From positions 151,362 through 206,545 of the forward strand of contig NW_008246139.1 in assembly GCF_000281045.1 (NCBI RefSeq): a DNA stretch of 55,184 bases, written 5' to 3'. Below, in pieces: positions 10,925-20,483 of this stretch (position 1 is its first letter; each line of letters begins with the position of its first letter). The position numbers and the translations under genes are program-made. The notes beneath the pieces are model-generated. The model was not told the DNA's origin. It saw only the letters and a program-made list of their open reading frames with translations, and made no database searches. The stretch is from Saprolegnia diclina VS20 (lineage: Eukaryota).

Positions 10925-12205
10925 ATGCGCCTTGCACTCTCGACGGGCTTCCTTGCGGCCGCGCTGCCGGCGATCCTGGCGTGGAACATGGCGCCCGTGC
11001 GCTCAATCCAGGCCCGCGCCCAGGGCGACACGCCGGTGTGGGATGCAGCCCACAAGGCCTACGTCTCGGCGTATGGCAAGACGTTCGACGACCAGTTCGC
11101 GGCCGTCATGGACACGGTCAACCTCGCGAGCATTGAAGGCGTCCTCAAGTACGTCCAGTCCGAGTGCATCAACGCGCCCAACCTCCAGCTCTGCCAGCGC
11201 AAGAACCAAGTCAAGAACATCGTCTTCTACGACATTACAATGGTCCAGCCGAACGCGTCGCTCGCGCAGTTTGCGACCAACACGGACGTGTACCCCGAGT
11301 ATGGTCCGTTCGTGGCTATGGACAGCGGTGCGTGTACGCCTGCGGGCACGAGTCTCCCGCTGCCGTGCCTCCAGTACAACGGCCTCAACGGCACGGTCAA
11401 CCTCGGCCCGTTCGTCGGCGGCGTGCCGCAGAGCCTCGACGGCCGCGCCTTGTACCCCAACACGATCTGGTTTTCGTACCCCAACAGCTGCGTGCAGTCC
11501 AAGTGGAGCGGCAAGTCGCCGGCGTGTCGCGAGCTCTTCAAGGGCGGCCTCTGCCCGTTCGGTGTCCAGCCCGACGGCGTCAAATGCACGTTCTCGTACT
11601 CGATTTTGGGGTACTTGGCGCTTGACGACCTCGTGGGCATCACGAGCATGACCAACCCGGCGACGAGCGCGCCGTTTGCCAACTACAGCCAGTTTTGCAA
11701 CGCCAAGCTCACCGAGTTCAGCGCGACGTTGCTGCCCAACAACTCGTGGGCCGATGTCAAGTCCGACTTGACCTTCTGGAACAACCCGAACGACCCGACG
11801 GCCAACCAGGCGCGTGCGGCTGCTCTTGTCTCGACGTACGCCAAGAAGATGGCGTCGACCATGGGCGCGATCCCGACGATCAAGGAGCTCACGGCCGCCA
11901 ACCCGCCGTGCTACAAGAACTCCAAGATCTGCTACGACGCGCCCTTTGGCTGCCGCCGCACCTTGTACGCGCAGGTGTGCGAAGTGTGCACGGAAGCGTC
12001 GCCCGACTGCGTCGTCAAGGACTCGAGCTACACGTTTCCGTCGCTGACCCTTCCGACGCTGCCCCCGACGACGACGACGGCGCCCGTGTCGGGCAGCTCG
12101 TCCGGTGCGCACAGCGTGTCCCAGCAGACGGCCTCGGACGCGACGAGCTTGCAGAGCGTCGGCGCGGTCGCCGTTGCCACCGCGGTTTTGACGTACCTCC
12201 TTTAA
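10925..12205 (+). CDS. Secreted Cys-rich, probably GPI-anchored protein, paralog C (426 aa)
   Basis: MRLALSTGFLAAALPAILA|WNMAP; same Cys core; tail ASDATSLQSVGAVAVATAVLTYLL. Confidence 0.9.
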   Translation: MRLALSTGFLAAALPAILAWNMAPVRSIQARAQGDTPVWDAAHKAYVSAYGKTFDDQFAAVMDTVNLASIEGVLKYVQSECINAPNLQLCQRKNQVKNIVFYDITMVQPNASLAQFATNTDVYPEYGPFVAMDSGACTPAGTSLPLPCLQYNGLNGTVNLGPFVGGVPQSLDGRALYPNTIWFSYPNSCVQSKWSGKSPACRELFKGGLCPFGVQPDGVKCTFSYSILGYLALDDLVGITSMTNPATSAPFANYSQFCNAKLTEFSATLLPNNSWADVKSDLTFWNNPNDPTANQARAAALVSTYAKKMASTMGAIPTIKELTAANPPCYKNSKICYDAPFGCRRTLYAQVCEVCTEASPDCVVKDSSYTFPSLTLPTLPPTTTTAPVSGSSSGAHSVSQQTASDATSLQSVGAVAVATAVLTYLL

Positions 12206-12434
12206 ATGCAATCCCACGTAGTGACAACTTGTACATGGACTCGATTCTTGGATGGACATTGGGACGACAGCGGCTCTGGCTGGCACTCAATGGCACGTGG
12301 TAGCCGCCTCTTGTCGAACCAGCTCGTCACGAGCCCGTCGACGCCAAGTCAACGGACTTGGCGTTGTTGGCAAATTTCACCCAATCACAAGCGACTGGAC
12401 CGTAAATCGAGCCAATCAGACGTCATTCGAAAAA

Positions 12435-13886
12435 ATGGCGGCCAAGGCCCCGCGCAGAGAGCTCCCCGGCCCCTTGCAACCGCGGCTCATCGAGGCGATC
12501 GCTGGCTGCCTCCAGATGTCAATAGACTTTGACGCGTTCCTCAATGCAATGCCGCGACCTCTCTGGACACCAGCGATGACTGCGTGGCGAACGCTCTCGA
12601 CCAACGCAGCCATGGCAGTCACATGGCCCTCGATCACGCTGCACCAGTTTGAGTATGCGCCCAACGTCCTGAGCATGCTACGCTCAACACTGTCACTCGG
12701 GCCCCACGTGACCTTTAACCAAAGCATCATCCATGCGTGCGAGCTCGCAGCGGTTGTGCCGACCATTGGACCCGCCATCAAGGCCCTCTCGCTGGCGGTC
12801 GAGGACGAGCAGCTGCATCCAGGCGAAGGACAAGCAGTGGCTGACCTTGTGCGCCAATGCTCATCGCTCCGCGAGCTCAAGATCGAGTCCACAGTGTACA
12901 TGGAAGGCGACCCGGAACCCGAACTCGATGCGCTGCTGGGGGCCGTTGCGCACCCAACGGTGCGGCACCTCGAGCTCACGCTCTTCTACCCCAATGCGCC
13001 GCGACTGGGCACCTTCTTGAGCCAGTGGCTGCAGTCGGCGCCGGCCAAGAAACTTTGCCTGCTGCGCGTGACGTTCCAAGATGGCGATGCCTTCTGCGAC
13101 GGTGTCCAAGCGAATAGGACGCTCGTACACCTCGACCTGCATGAAATCGAAGGCATCGATGGCTTGCGTGGTCGCCGACTGCCGTCCAGCCTCAGATACC
13201 TGGTGTGGGGCGCAACCCACTCGGGCGACAGCGCAACCCTCGACAACATGGCCCATGCGCTGGAGCGTACGCGCCTCAAGCATTTACGTTGCGCGTTCTT
13301 TGAGGAAGTCGCATCGCGGCCAGCGGCATGGCCGATGCTTCCCCACCTCACGTCGCTGGACACAGGCGACGGAATGAACGTAGCTCAAATGCAACTGCTC
13401 TTAGAAGCGCTCGCACGCCTTGCGTCGCTCAAGGAGCTCAAGCTCGCCAACTTTGGCTTTGACGCAAGCACATTCGACGTGGTGTTGCCCGCTCTCGTTA
13501 TCCACTGTCCGTACCTCACGGACTTGGACCTGCAAGGAAACGCCTGCGACGACGAGACGATCAAGAAGCTCTTGGCGGTGGCGCCTCAACTGCCCCGGTT
13601 GCGACACCTCACCGCCTCGAGAGATCAGTACAATGTGCTCGGCTACATTCCCGAGCTCGTCGCCGCAGGGCGTCATCTAAAGTCCCTCTCGATGGACGCA
13701 CCGGGAAGACGGCACCATGGCATTGACGCCAAGCTCAAGATGTTCCGAGCGCTGGCCAAAATCCAAGACCAGCCATTCTACGTGGGGGGTCGGACGCTCG
13801 ACACGTGCCCCCGCATCCTGCCAGATATGTTCTTGCCCAATACTGGTACCGTCGATCCGACGACGCGCTGCCGCTTGGCGATCTAG
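12435..13886 (+). CDS. F-box-like/RNI-like LRR protein, copy 1
   Basis: N-terminal LQPRLIEAIAGCL...WPSITL motif shared with five paralogs; LxxLxL repeats (LRELKI, LVHLDL, LTDLDLQGN). CCAAT boxes and TCATT just upstream of ATG 12435. Ends CRLAI. Confidence 0.8.
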   Translation: MAAKAPRRELPGPLQPRLIEAIAGCLQMSIDFDAFLNAMPRPLWTPAMTAWRTLSTNAAMAVTWPSITLHQFEYAPNVLSMLRSTLSLGPHVTFNQSIIHACELAAVVPTIGPAIKALSLAVEDEQLHPGEGQAVADLVRQCSSLRELKIESTVYMEGDPEPELDALLGAVAHPTVRHLELTLFYPNAPRLGTFLSQWLQSAPAKKLCLLRVTFQDGDAFCDGVQANRTLVHLDLHEIEGIDGLRGRRLPSSLRYLVWGATHSGDSATLDNMAHALERTRLKHLRCAFFEEVASRPAAWPMLPHLTSLDTGDGMNVAQMQLLLEALARLASLKELKLANFGFDASTFDVVLPALVIHCPYLTDLDLQGNACDDETIKKLLAVAPQLPRLRHLTASRDQYNVLGYIPELVAAGRHLKSLSMDAPGRRHHGIDAKLKMFRALAKIQDQPFYVGGRTLDTCPRILPDMFLPNTGTVDPTTRCRLAI

Positions 13887-14436
13887 TGGTGCCTCTGGAT
13901 TCTAGTTGGTGTATCCAGTACTGTATACCACGTATCCGTTCAGCCCTGTTCGCAAGGACCTTTGCTCTTGTCAGAACTTGTGAGCACCAATGGGCGAGCA
14001 AGGATTAGGGCAACACACTATGTAAACTCATTGCTCTTGCCCGTCACAAGCAAATTCAAGAATGCATCAGCGGCCGCTTGGAGGCTACTTCCAGTGGTCA
14101 ACTTGCTACTGTGAATTGGTGAATGATGCATACATCGAGGGCAGCCTAGACGTGGCTTATGGCTTTTGGCGGGAAATTTTTGGCTCGTCAAGATCGTCTG
14201 CTCACCTGTCTTGAAAGATTGCTACATAGCCCAATCTTTATCCGGACCCGGCTCGGGCAGAGGGTCTTGAGACTCTGACACCAAAAGCTGCTCGGAGAAG
14301 CAAATCTCCGTTGGCACTGACAAAGCATGCGCACATGGGCCGAGACTGTGGGATCACGCTTCAGCCCCGCCGTTCGTATTCGGCAATCGATGCATTGGTG
14401 GTGCAGACGTTTCTACAGAGAGGTTTCATCCGACTG

Positions 14437-17400
14437 ATGCGAGTCGCGCCGCTCGAGACGCCCCGCTCCGAATCCGGAACGGGTGCGCGAGTCTCGCATG
14501 TGTTGGGCGTACTCTGGCTGTGGCTCGTTCTTGCTGGTAACATCTATTGTCTTTTGTACGTCTTTGGGCCGCGACTCGCCAACGACCTGTTCTGGCCACA
14601 CTACAACGCGTCGGGGTACCAAGCCTATGTGGTTGATGCGCTGAACGAGCTTTTGGAGACGGCGCCCGATGCGTCCAGCGTCGACTTGAGCGTGGTGACG
14701 ACTGAGGCACGCTACGACAGTCTACTGACGACTACGATGGTGCACCCAACGTACACGATGGCGCTCCTGACGACGAAGTTATCTTCGCTCGACCATGCTG
14801 TTACTCGTTTGCGCAACATGTCGTTGGACAATGTTTTGTGGCTTCCGACGCAGTACTGCTGGGTCGACTTTAACAAATCGCTCGAGCTCGCCCACACCGC
14901 GACACGCCAAGAGCGCTGCCGTCGGCAGTACGCGGCAAATGGCGCTGTGTACTTCGAGGCGGTCGCTCGCAATATGGACTATGTCGCATTCACAACGACG
15001 CCGGACCCTAACCTCTGCTTTCTACTCGCAATCCAGCGTGGCCTCGAGGCCTCGTCAGTGGGCGTCCGCTGGCTCGACTCGGTCGCTCATGTCACGACAA
15101 CCGTGGGGGAAGAAGTCGCTGCTTGGCAGCTGCATGGCATCACTGCGTTCCGCTACCAGTGGCAGAACGTGCTAGTCCCTCGTCTCGACGAGGCAGCGAC
15201 GCTTGTCAACGCCCTTGGCATCGAGTCGTCTTTGACGCTCAAGAGCATCGCCAGCAGTCATGGCGCTGGATCGTCAGATGCCTTCAGTGGGTCATTCGCT
15301 GTCGATGTGAACTCCGTCTGCGCGTGCAACATGAGCCTCATTCGGGACACCCCCAACTTTCTCAATACAACCTGCGTTGAGACGCTAGCGCAACCCTTCG
15401 AGGCGTACACGTACGCTCCATTCTTTTTTGGCGCCACCCACACGAGCTTGGTCCGTGCCGCCCTCGGGCCGTTGGGCTCGATCGACCTCCTTGTCGTGTC
15501 GCCGCCGGTGGCTCTGATCTCTCTCACGAGAGCCCTATCGACAGCGATTTACAGAGAGCTCGAGACTGCATCGGCCACCCGCTACGCCAAACTTCGGACG
15601 TTTACGGTGGCGCCAACGCCGCCAGCGTGGACGACAGCGTCCTTTGCCTTTTACGGCGGTAGCCTCCTGTGTGACCACGGGACGCCACAGACATTTCTTC
15701 AGCCGCCGTTCGCAAGAGCCGACGAATGCCGCGTGCAATCACTGTGGACGATGTCCGTGTCACCGATCGCGATGGTGTCTGTACTGACGTTAGTCAACGA
15801 CTCAGTCGAGAGCATCTGCGGACTGGTGACCTCGGAGGTGTGCGAGTCGTCCTTGCACCTGGCGCAGACCCTAGTCCCACGCAGCTTGAATCCGATTCTA
15901 GTCCAAAACGCTACTGCAACGACGGCAGCGATCGGCATTAGTGTCGTGCAAATGGCTGTCGACACGGTCGAACTCAGCGATACGCTCCTGCGTCAGCCGC
16001 TACTCGAAACATCGTCCTTTGCGTTCTATGGCTGGGTGCTTCTCTTGGACTGGGTTGCGGGCAAGCGCGAAGTAGTGTCGTTTCAAGGAGACAATGGCAC
16101 GCTTGTCGTGATCTCGGACGCGTACGACACCACCGCGCAAACATCGCCGGCGTCCCGCGTCTTGAGCCAAGCGTCCATCACTGTCTACTACCTTCTGGTC
16201 TACTCCTCGCTGGTCCTAAGTGCACTCGTTCTCGTGAGCTCCCTTCAATTTGGTACCCTCGACCGTCCATTGCACCGTTCATCAATAGCCTCCTTTCACC
16301 GCGTCGCGAGTTCGACCTGGCTCGGTCGTCCGTTGGTCGGGCTTCGAGGTGCAACGGCCATGCTGGTTCTGAGCTCGGCCCCCGTTGGCATCGTTCGTCC
16401 CTTCAATCTCTACACGCAACTGGAGCTGCCACGACGCCCACTTTTTGAGACGTGGGTGTTGGCGTGGGAGGCAGCGTGGGCGAGCTACGTCTTGCACGAG
16501 CTAATGCTGCCACTCACACGCCATGACGCGCGTGCGGCCGGGATGCTGAGTACAACACTGCTCATGGGCAGCTGCATTCTTCTCGACGTCGTCTGGCCCG
16601 TGACGGTCGTAGCGTCGATTGATCGGTCGTGCACCGAAGCCGACCCTGCGCCAGAGTACATTTACGCCATGCAACTCGTTTGCAACAGTAGCTCGATTGC
16701 ACTTGGGAGCCCCCGCCGTCTCCTCCTTCTGGCAGTCGTAGCGATGTCTGCCGTTGTTCTCTCCGTCGTTATCTTCCACCACTCGAAACACCCGGTACGA
16801 ACCCTGGACTCGCTGCTTGTGCCCGGCGTCGCCCACGCCTTCTATAAGCAACATGACGACGCTACGAGGCGCATCGATGACATCTGCATGGGTCTCCTAC
16901 CATGGCGCCAGAACGCCGTCCTTGATATTAAACTCTGGGCGATCGTCCGTCCAGCGGCTGACGACGTGCTTACTCCTGTCGTCCCGATGCTTGGACCTAC
17001 CGTCCATGTGAAGTCGTCGGGCGGTACTCGCCTGGAGCTTTCGTCCCGAGGCAAGGCGTTTCTGTGGCTAATCGTGGGCTCTCTTTACGTTGGCCTCGAC
17101 CTTGGCAGCAGCTTCTCGTACCTCAAGCTCTTGGAAACGACGCTCAGCAACGACCTCGTGTGGCCCGCCTTCAACATCACGGGCGCGCATGTCTTCTTGG
17201 CCAAAGGAATGTCACAGTGGTCGTCGACAATGGCCTTGCACGATGCTGCCATCAACCAAGTCGGCGTCTTCAACACTTCGGATGCCTCGATCGTCTACCC
17301 CATTCAGCACGGCGCCAAAGTCCAGTACTCAACCCTAACCACTCTTCACGACGCGATCTCGAGCCTCCGCAAAATAGATGGTTGTGACGGGCCGTGGGTC

Positions 17401-19632
17401 TTCACGCAGTACTGCTACCTCGACTTTGATGGCGTGTGGGAAATGGCCAACTCGATCAAGCGCCAAGAGCGATGCCAGTCGAAGGTCAACAACGGCGCCG
17501 TCTTTCTCGCTTCTCTGCTCCGAAATGTCGATCTCTCAACGTGCTGGAACGAAGAATTTGAGATTGGGTTTGGCTCCGAGCTGCGTCAGTCGACAGCCGG
17601 TCAAACGCTCTTGGCTTCTTTCACGCCACCGTACCGCTCAATCGACGACGAAGAGTCTCATTGGGCATCGAAAAGTATCTCGTCGTATACACTGCAGTGG
17701 CAAAACTACAAGTCGATTGGCCTCCTCTACTCGTACAGCATTGTCAATGCCTATGGCATTCCCTATTCCTTCTCGCTCCAGTCCACCGCGGGGTACTACC
17801 GCATCGAGAGCCAGACGTCGTTCAAAATGTACTGGTCTTTGGCGAATGATCTCCGCCGTCTCACCACCAATATATCAACCATGGCTGGCACGAGTCTTCT
17901 TCGGTCCAGCAGTCGATTTGCCTATCGAAATGCGTCCCTCCAAGATGTACTGGTAACGGAAGACGTGCTACCACCGTTGCCGTGGAGTGCCAACTACGAG
18001 CGCTTGTCGTCGCACCTCGGGCCGTTTGGGTCCATCGACACGGTCTACATCAGCGCGCCATCGGTGCTGCACGAGGCCATCGCCGCGTTTCGCATTGCAG
18101 TGGCTGGCGCGAGAAGGCGGAATTCAACTTCGTACATTTCGATCCTTGATGAGTTTTACACGACACCAGTGCCAACCAAGTGGAATCGAACCATCTACGC
18201 AGTAAGTGGCTCCGTCTTGTGCCCTAACCAGCCACGCCATGCTCTGTCGTTGCTCGAGTACGTCATCGGTGCCGACGCATATCAAAGGAGCTGCGCCTCC
18301 TACTACAGTGCTTTGGGTTTCGTACCGATCCGCGACCATATTCTATTCGCAGTGCACTTGGCCAACATTGAGGCAACGACTACGATCGCTGCAGTTTGTG
18401 CTCATCAAGGCCCCTACAGCCGAGACACTTGTACGAGCAAGATTCGCAACGCGCTGGCCTTTCTTCCATATCTCCCGACGCTGCCCGAGTGGCGCCCGTC
18501 GCTCATTGCGGCCATCCAGGACCTCAACGTTGAGTGGGCTCAGTTTGGATACGCCAACGCGTCGTCTGCACCGGTGGAGCTCTTCCACACACCCGTGTTT
18601 GACCCATCGGATCCTACCTTTGACTATTTTGCCTGGCTCTTCTTCTACGACTGGGCACTTGGCAACCGCGAGGTCATCTCCTACCAAGGCGACGTCAATA
18701 CGCTAACCCTTATGGGCAACACCTTGGCTTCGATCTCACAATCCGCGGATCTGGGACAGCTACCAACAATTTTCACTCTCTACGCGCGCCAAGCTGTCCA
18801 GTACGTCACCATCTCCATCATTGCCCTCGCACTCCTCTCGCTGTTCTACCTCATTCACGTGCGCGGTGCCATCGAAGGCCGCAGTCTACTCCAGCTCAGT
18901 CGTGTCGGCGGACTTGTCTGGGTCGGTCGACCCCTTATTGGTCTCCGGAGTATCACCGCCCTCTCTCTCCTATCGTCCGCCTCGGTGCAGCTCACAACCG
19001 ACGCTCAGTTGAGCTACTTTGCGTTGCAAGCGGTGCCCTGGTACGCGACGTGTCTCGCGGCCAATGAAGTCACGTGGCTTGTCGGCATCGTCAACGACCT
19101 CGGACTGCCGTGGACGACGTGGCGCCTGCCAAAGTACGCTCTCATCAGTAGCCTCCTCATCTGGCTCGTATCGGCGCTTCTGGCAATCTTGGCACCTGTT
19201 CAGGCGAGTATCACCGTCGCTCCTTCGTGCACCATCGTCTCGCTCGACTATCAAGTGCAGTGCCGCGCCGGCACTGTCGTCATTGGGTCGCGTGCTCGCT
19301 TGCTGACGTTGATTGGTGTCGTCTTTGCCTGCAACGTGCTCTGTTTCAGTGTTGCTCGGTGGTACTACCGAGAGGATTTGCGGCTGCGGTCGTCGTCGCT
19401 CTTGCTGTGCAGTGGCGCGAAGTTTCTCTTCCGACATGAGAATTGGATCAAGCACGATGTCTACTACATGGACCGTGCGTCGGCCGTCGTCAACGGACTC
19501 GTGAGCGTCGCTTGGAGAGACGAGTGGGTTGTGTTGGACGTCAAGACGTGGCGCCTGCATCGACTGTCGCGACCAAAACGCAGCTTGCTACACAATCGAC
19601 TCTATCAAGGCCTGCCTTTAGTCAACAACTGA
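14437..19632 (+). CDS. Large multipass membrane protein made of two ~850-aa homologous halves; unknown function
   Basis: Intronless ORF (MRVAP.. start). Paired motifs: NDLFWP/NDLVWP, TQYCWVDF/TQYCYLDF, RQERC..NGAV, QWQN, LGPxGSID, DW.xG.REV.S.QGD, W.GRPL.GLR, VLD.K.W. Each half has one TM, a large N-glycosylatable Cys-containing domain, then several TMs. Confidence 0.85.
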   Translation: MRVAPLETPRSESGTGARVSHVLGVLWLWLVLAGNIYCLLYVFGPRLANDLFWPHYNASGYQAYVVDALNELLETAPDASSVDLSVVTTEARYDSLLTTTMVHPTYTMALLTTKLSSLDHAVTRLRNMSLDNVLWLPTQYCWVDFNKSLELAHTATRQERCRRQYAANGAVYFEAVARNMDYVAFTTTPDPNLCFLLAIQRGLEASSVGVRWLDSVAHVTTTVGEEVAAWQLHGITAFRYQWQNVLVPRLDEAATLVNALGIESSLTLKSIASSHGAGSSDAFSGSFAVDVNSVCACNMSLIRDTPNFLNTTCVETLAQPFEAYTYAPFFFGATHTSLVRAALGPLGSIDLLVVSPPVALISLTRALSTAIYRELETASATRYAKLRTFTVAPTPPAWTTASFAFYGGSLLCDHGTPQTFLQPPFARADECRVQSLWTMSVSPIAMVSVLTLVNDSVESICGLVTSEVCESSLHLAQTLVPRSLNPILVQNATATTAAIGISVVQMAVDTVELSDTLLRQPLLETSSFAFYGWVLLLDWVAGKREVVSFQGDNGTLVVISDAYDTTAQTSPASRVLSQASITVYYLLVYSSLVLSALVLVSSLQFGTLDRPLHRSSIASFHRVASSTWLGRPLVGLRGATAMLVLSSAPVGIVRPFNLYTQLELPRRPLFETWVLAWEAAWASYVLHELMLPLTRHDARAAGMLSTTLLMGSCILLDVVWPVTVVASIDRSCTEADPAPEYIYAMQLVCNSSSIALGSPRRLLLLAVVAMSAVVLSVVIFHHSKHPVRTLDSLLVPGVAHAFYKQHDDATRRIDDICMGLLPWRQNAVLDIKLWAIVRPAADDVLTPVVPMLGPTVHVKSSGGTRLELSSRGKAFLWLIVGSLYVGLDLGSSFSYLKLLETTLSNDLVWPAFNITGAHVFLAKGMSQWSSTMALHDAAINQVGVFNTSDASIVYPIQHGAKVQYSTLTTLHDAISSLRKIDGCDGPWVFTQYCYLDFDGVWEMANSIKRQERCQSKVNNGAVFLASLLRNVDLSTCWNEEFEIGFGSELRQSTAGQTLLASFTPPYRSIDDEESHWASKSISSYTLQWQNYKSIGLLYSYSIVNAYGIPYSFSLQSTAGYYRIESQTSFKMYWSLANDLRRLTTNISTMAGTSLLRSSSRFAYRNASLQDVLVTEDVLPPLPWSANYERLSSHLGPFGSIDTVYISAPSVLHEAIAAFRIAVAGARRRNSTSYISILDEFYTTPVPTKWNRTIYAVSGSVLCPNQPRHALSLLEYVIGADAYQRSCASYYSALGFVPIRDHILFAVHLANIEATTTIAAVCAHQGPYSRDTCTSKIRNALAFLPYLPTLPEWRPSLIAAIQDLNVEWAQFGYANASSAPVELFHTPVFDPSDPTFDYFAWLFFYDWALGNREVISYQGDVNTLTLMGNTLASISQSADLGQLPTIFTLYARQAVQYVTISIIALALLSLFYLIHVRGAIEGRSLLQLSRVGGLVWVGRPLIGLRSITALSLLSSASVQLTTDAQLSYFALQAVPWYATCLAANEVTWLVGIVNDLGLPWTTWRLPKYALISSLLIWLVSALLAILAPVQASITVAPSCTIVSLDYQVQCRAGTVVIGSRARLLTLIGVVFACNVLCFSVARWYYREDLRLRSSSLLLCSGAKFLFRHENWIKHDVYYMDRASAVVNGLVSVAWRDEWVVLDVKTWRLHRLSRPKRSLLHNRLYQGLPLVNN

Positions 19633-19699
19633 CCGTGATGCAAATTATCAAGTCTTGATAGTATGTACATGTACGCACTTGAGTCGCGTCAAGTTACTG

Positions 19700-19985
19700 C
19701 ATTCGGTGCAAGCGCTGGAAAGGTATTCCTGCATAAATGGCGCGATCTTCGGCACCAAATTGTCGACGCAGAATGCCTTCATCGCCTCGTTGGGGACCGA
19801 TCCCGCTTGCTTCTTATCGTACAGCGGTAAACACACTTGCGCGTCAACCTCGTTGGCGTCGTCGGGGCCAAATGCAGTGGTCACAATGGTGAGCATGCAC
19901 TGCTTGGCCTTGCGCTTCCCGAGGAGTCCGTGCAGTGCTCGTCGTAAATCTCAGAAACTTCGTCCACGAGCGTGCTCCAGCCGGC
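19700..19985 (-). pseudogene. Possible frameshifted relic of an EF-hand-like protein
   Basis: WSTLVDEVSEIYDEHCTDSSG, frameshift, then KRKAKQCMLTIVTTAFGPDDANEVDAQVCLPLYDKKQAGSVPNEAMKAFCVDNLVP. The helix-loop-helix resemblance is judged by eye only. Confidence 0.25.
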
Positions 19986-20483
19986 AATTGCGAGCGCCAA
20001 ATCTTGCTTTTGGCAAATCTGGTACCCAATTTTTGTGTTTGAAAAGAGAAAGAGCGTTGATTGCTATACACCGGTGCGAATGTCATCGTGAACTACTTGG
20101 CGAGATACGCTACGTGCTGCCCCGAGTCATGACCGCGACACGACATTGATCATGCCACAGAGACACGATGGCGATGAGGACTAGTTGTTGATGCGGTTCA
20201 TTGCCCCAGACGCGATCGCATGTGCCAACCTTGTCTTCACGGTTTCTAACTGCATGGCTCTAGTGCGATCAGCTTTGTCATTCAATCGACCGTGCGACGT
20301 CAGCACGACTGAGTTGGCTTCGTGCATTGCGCAAGAAACCTGCAGCATTCCTTCCAAGATGAGCAGTGCTCATGCTTGTCGGAGGGTCGGCTATCCGGGA
20401 TTCCGGATATCCGGATAATCGCTTTCCGGTTTGAGACACGAAGTTCGTAGTCGAAGTTACGTTGACAGATCATTTGCCAGAAA

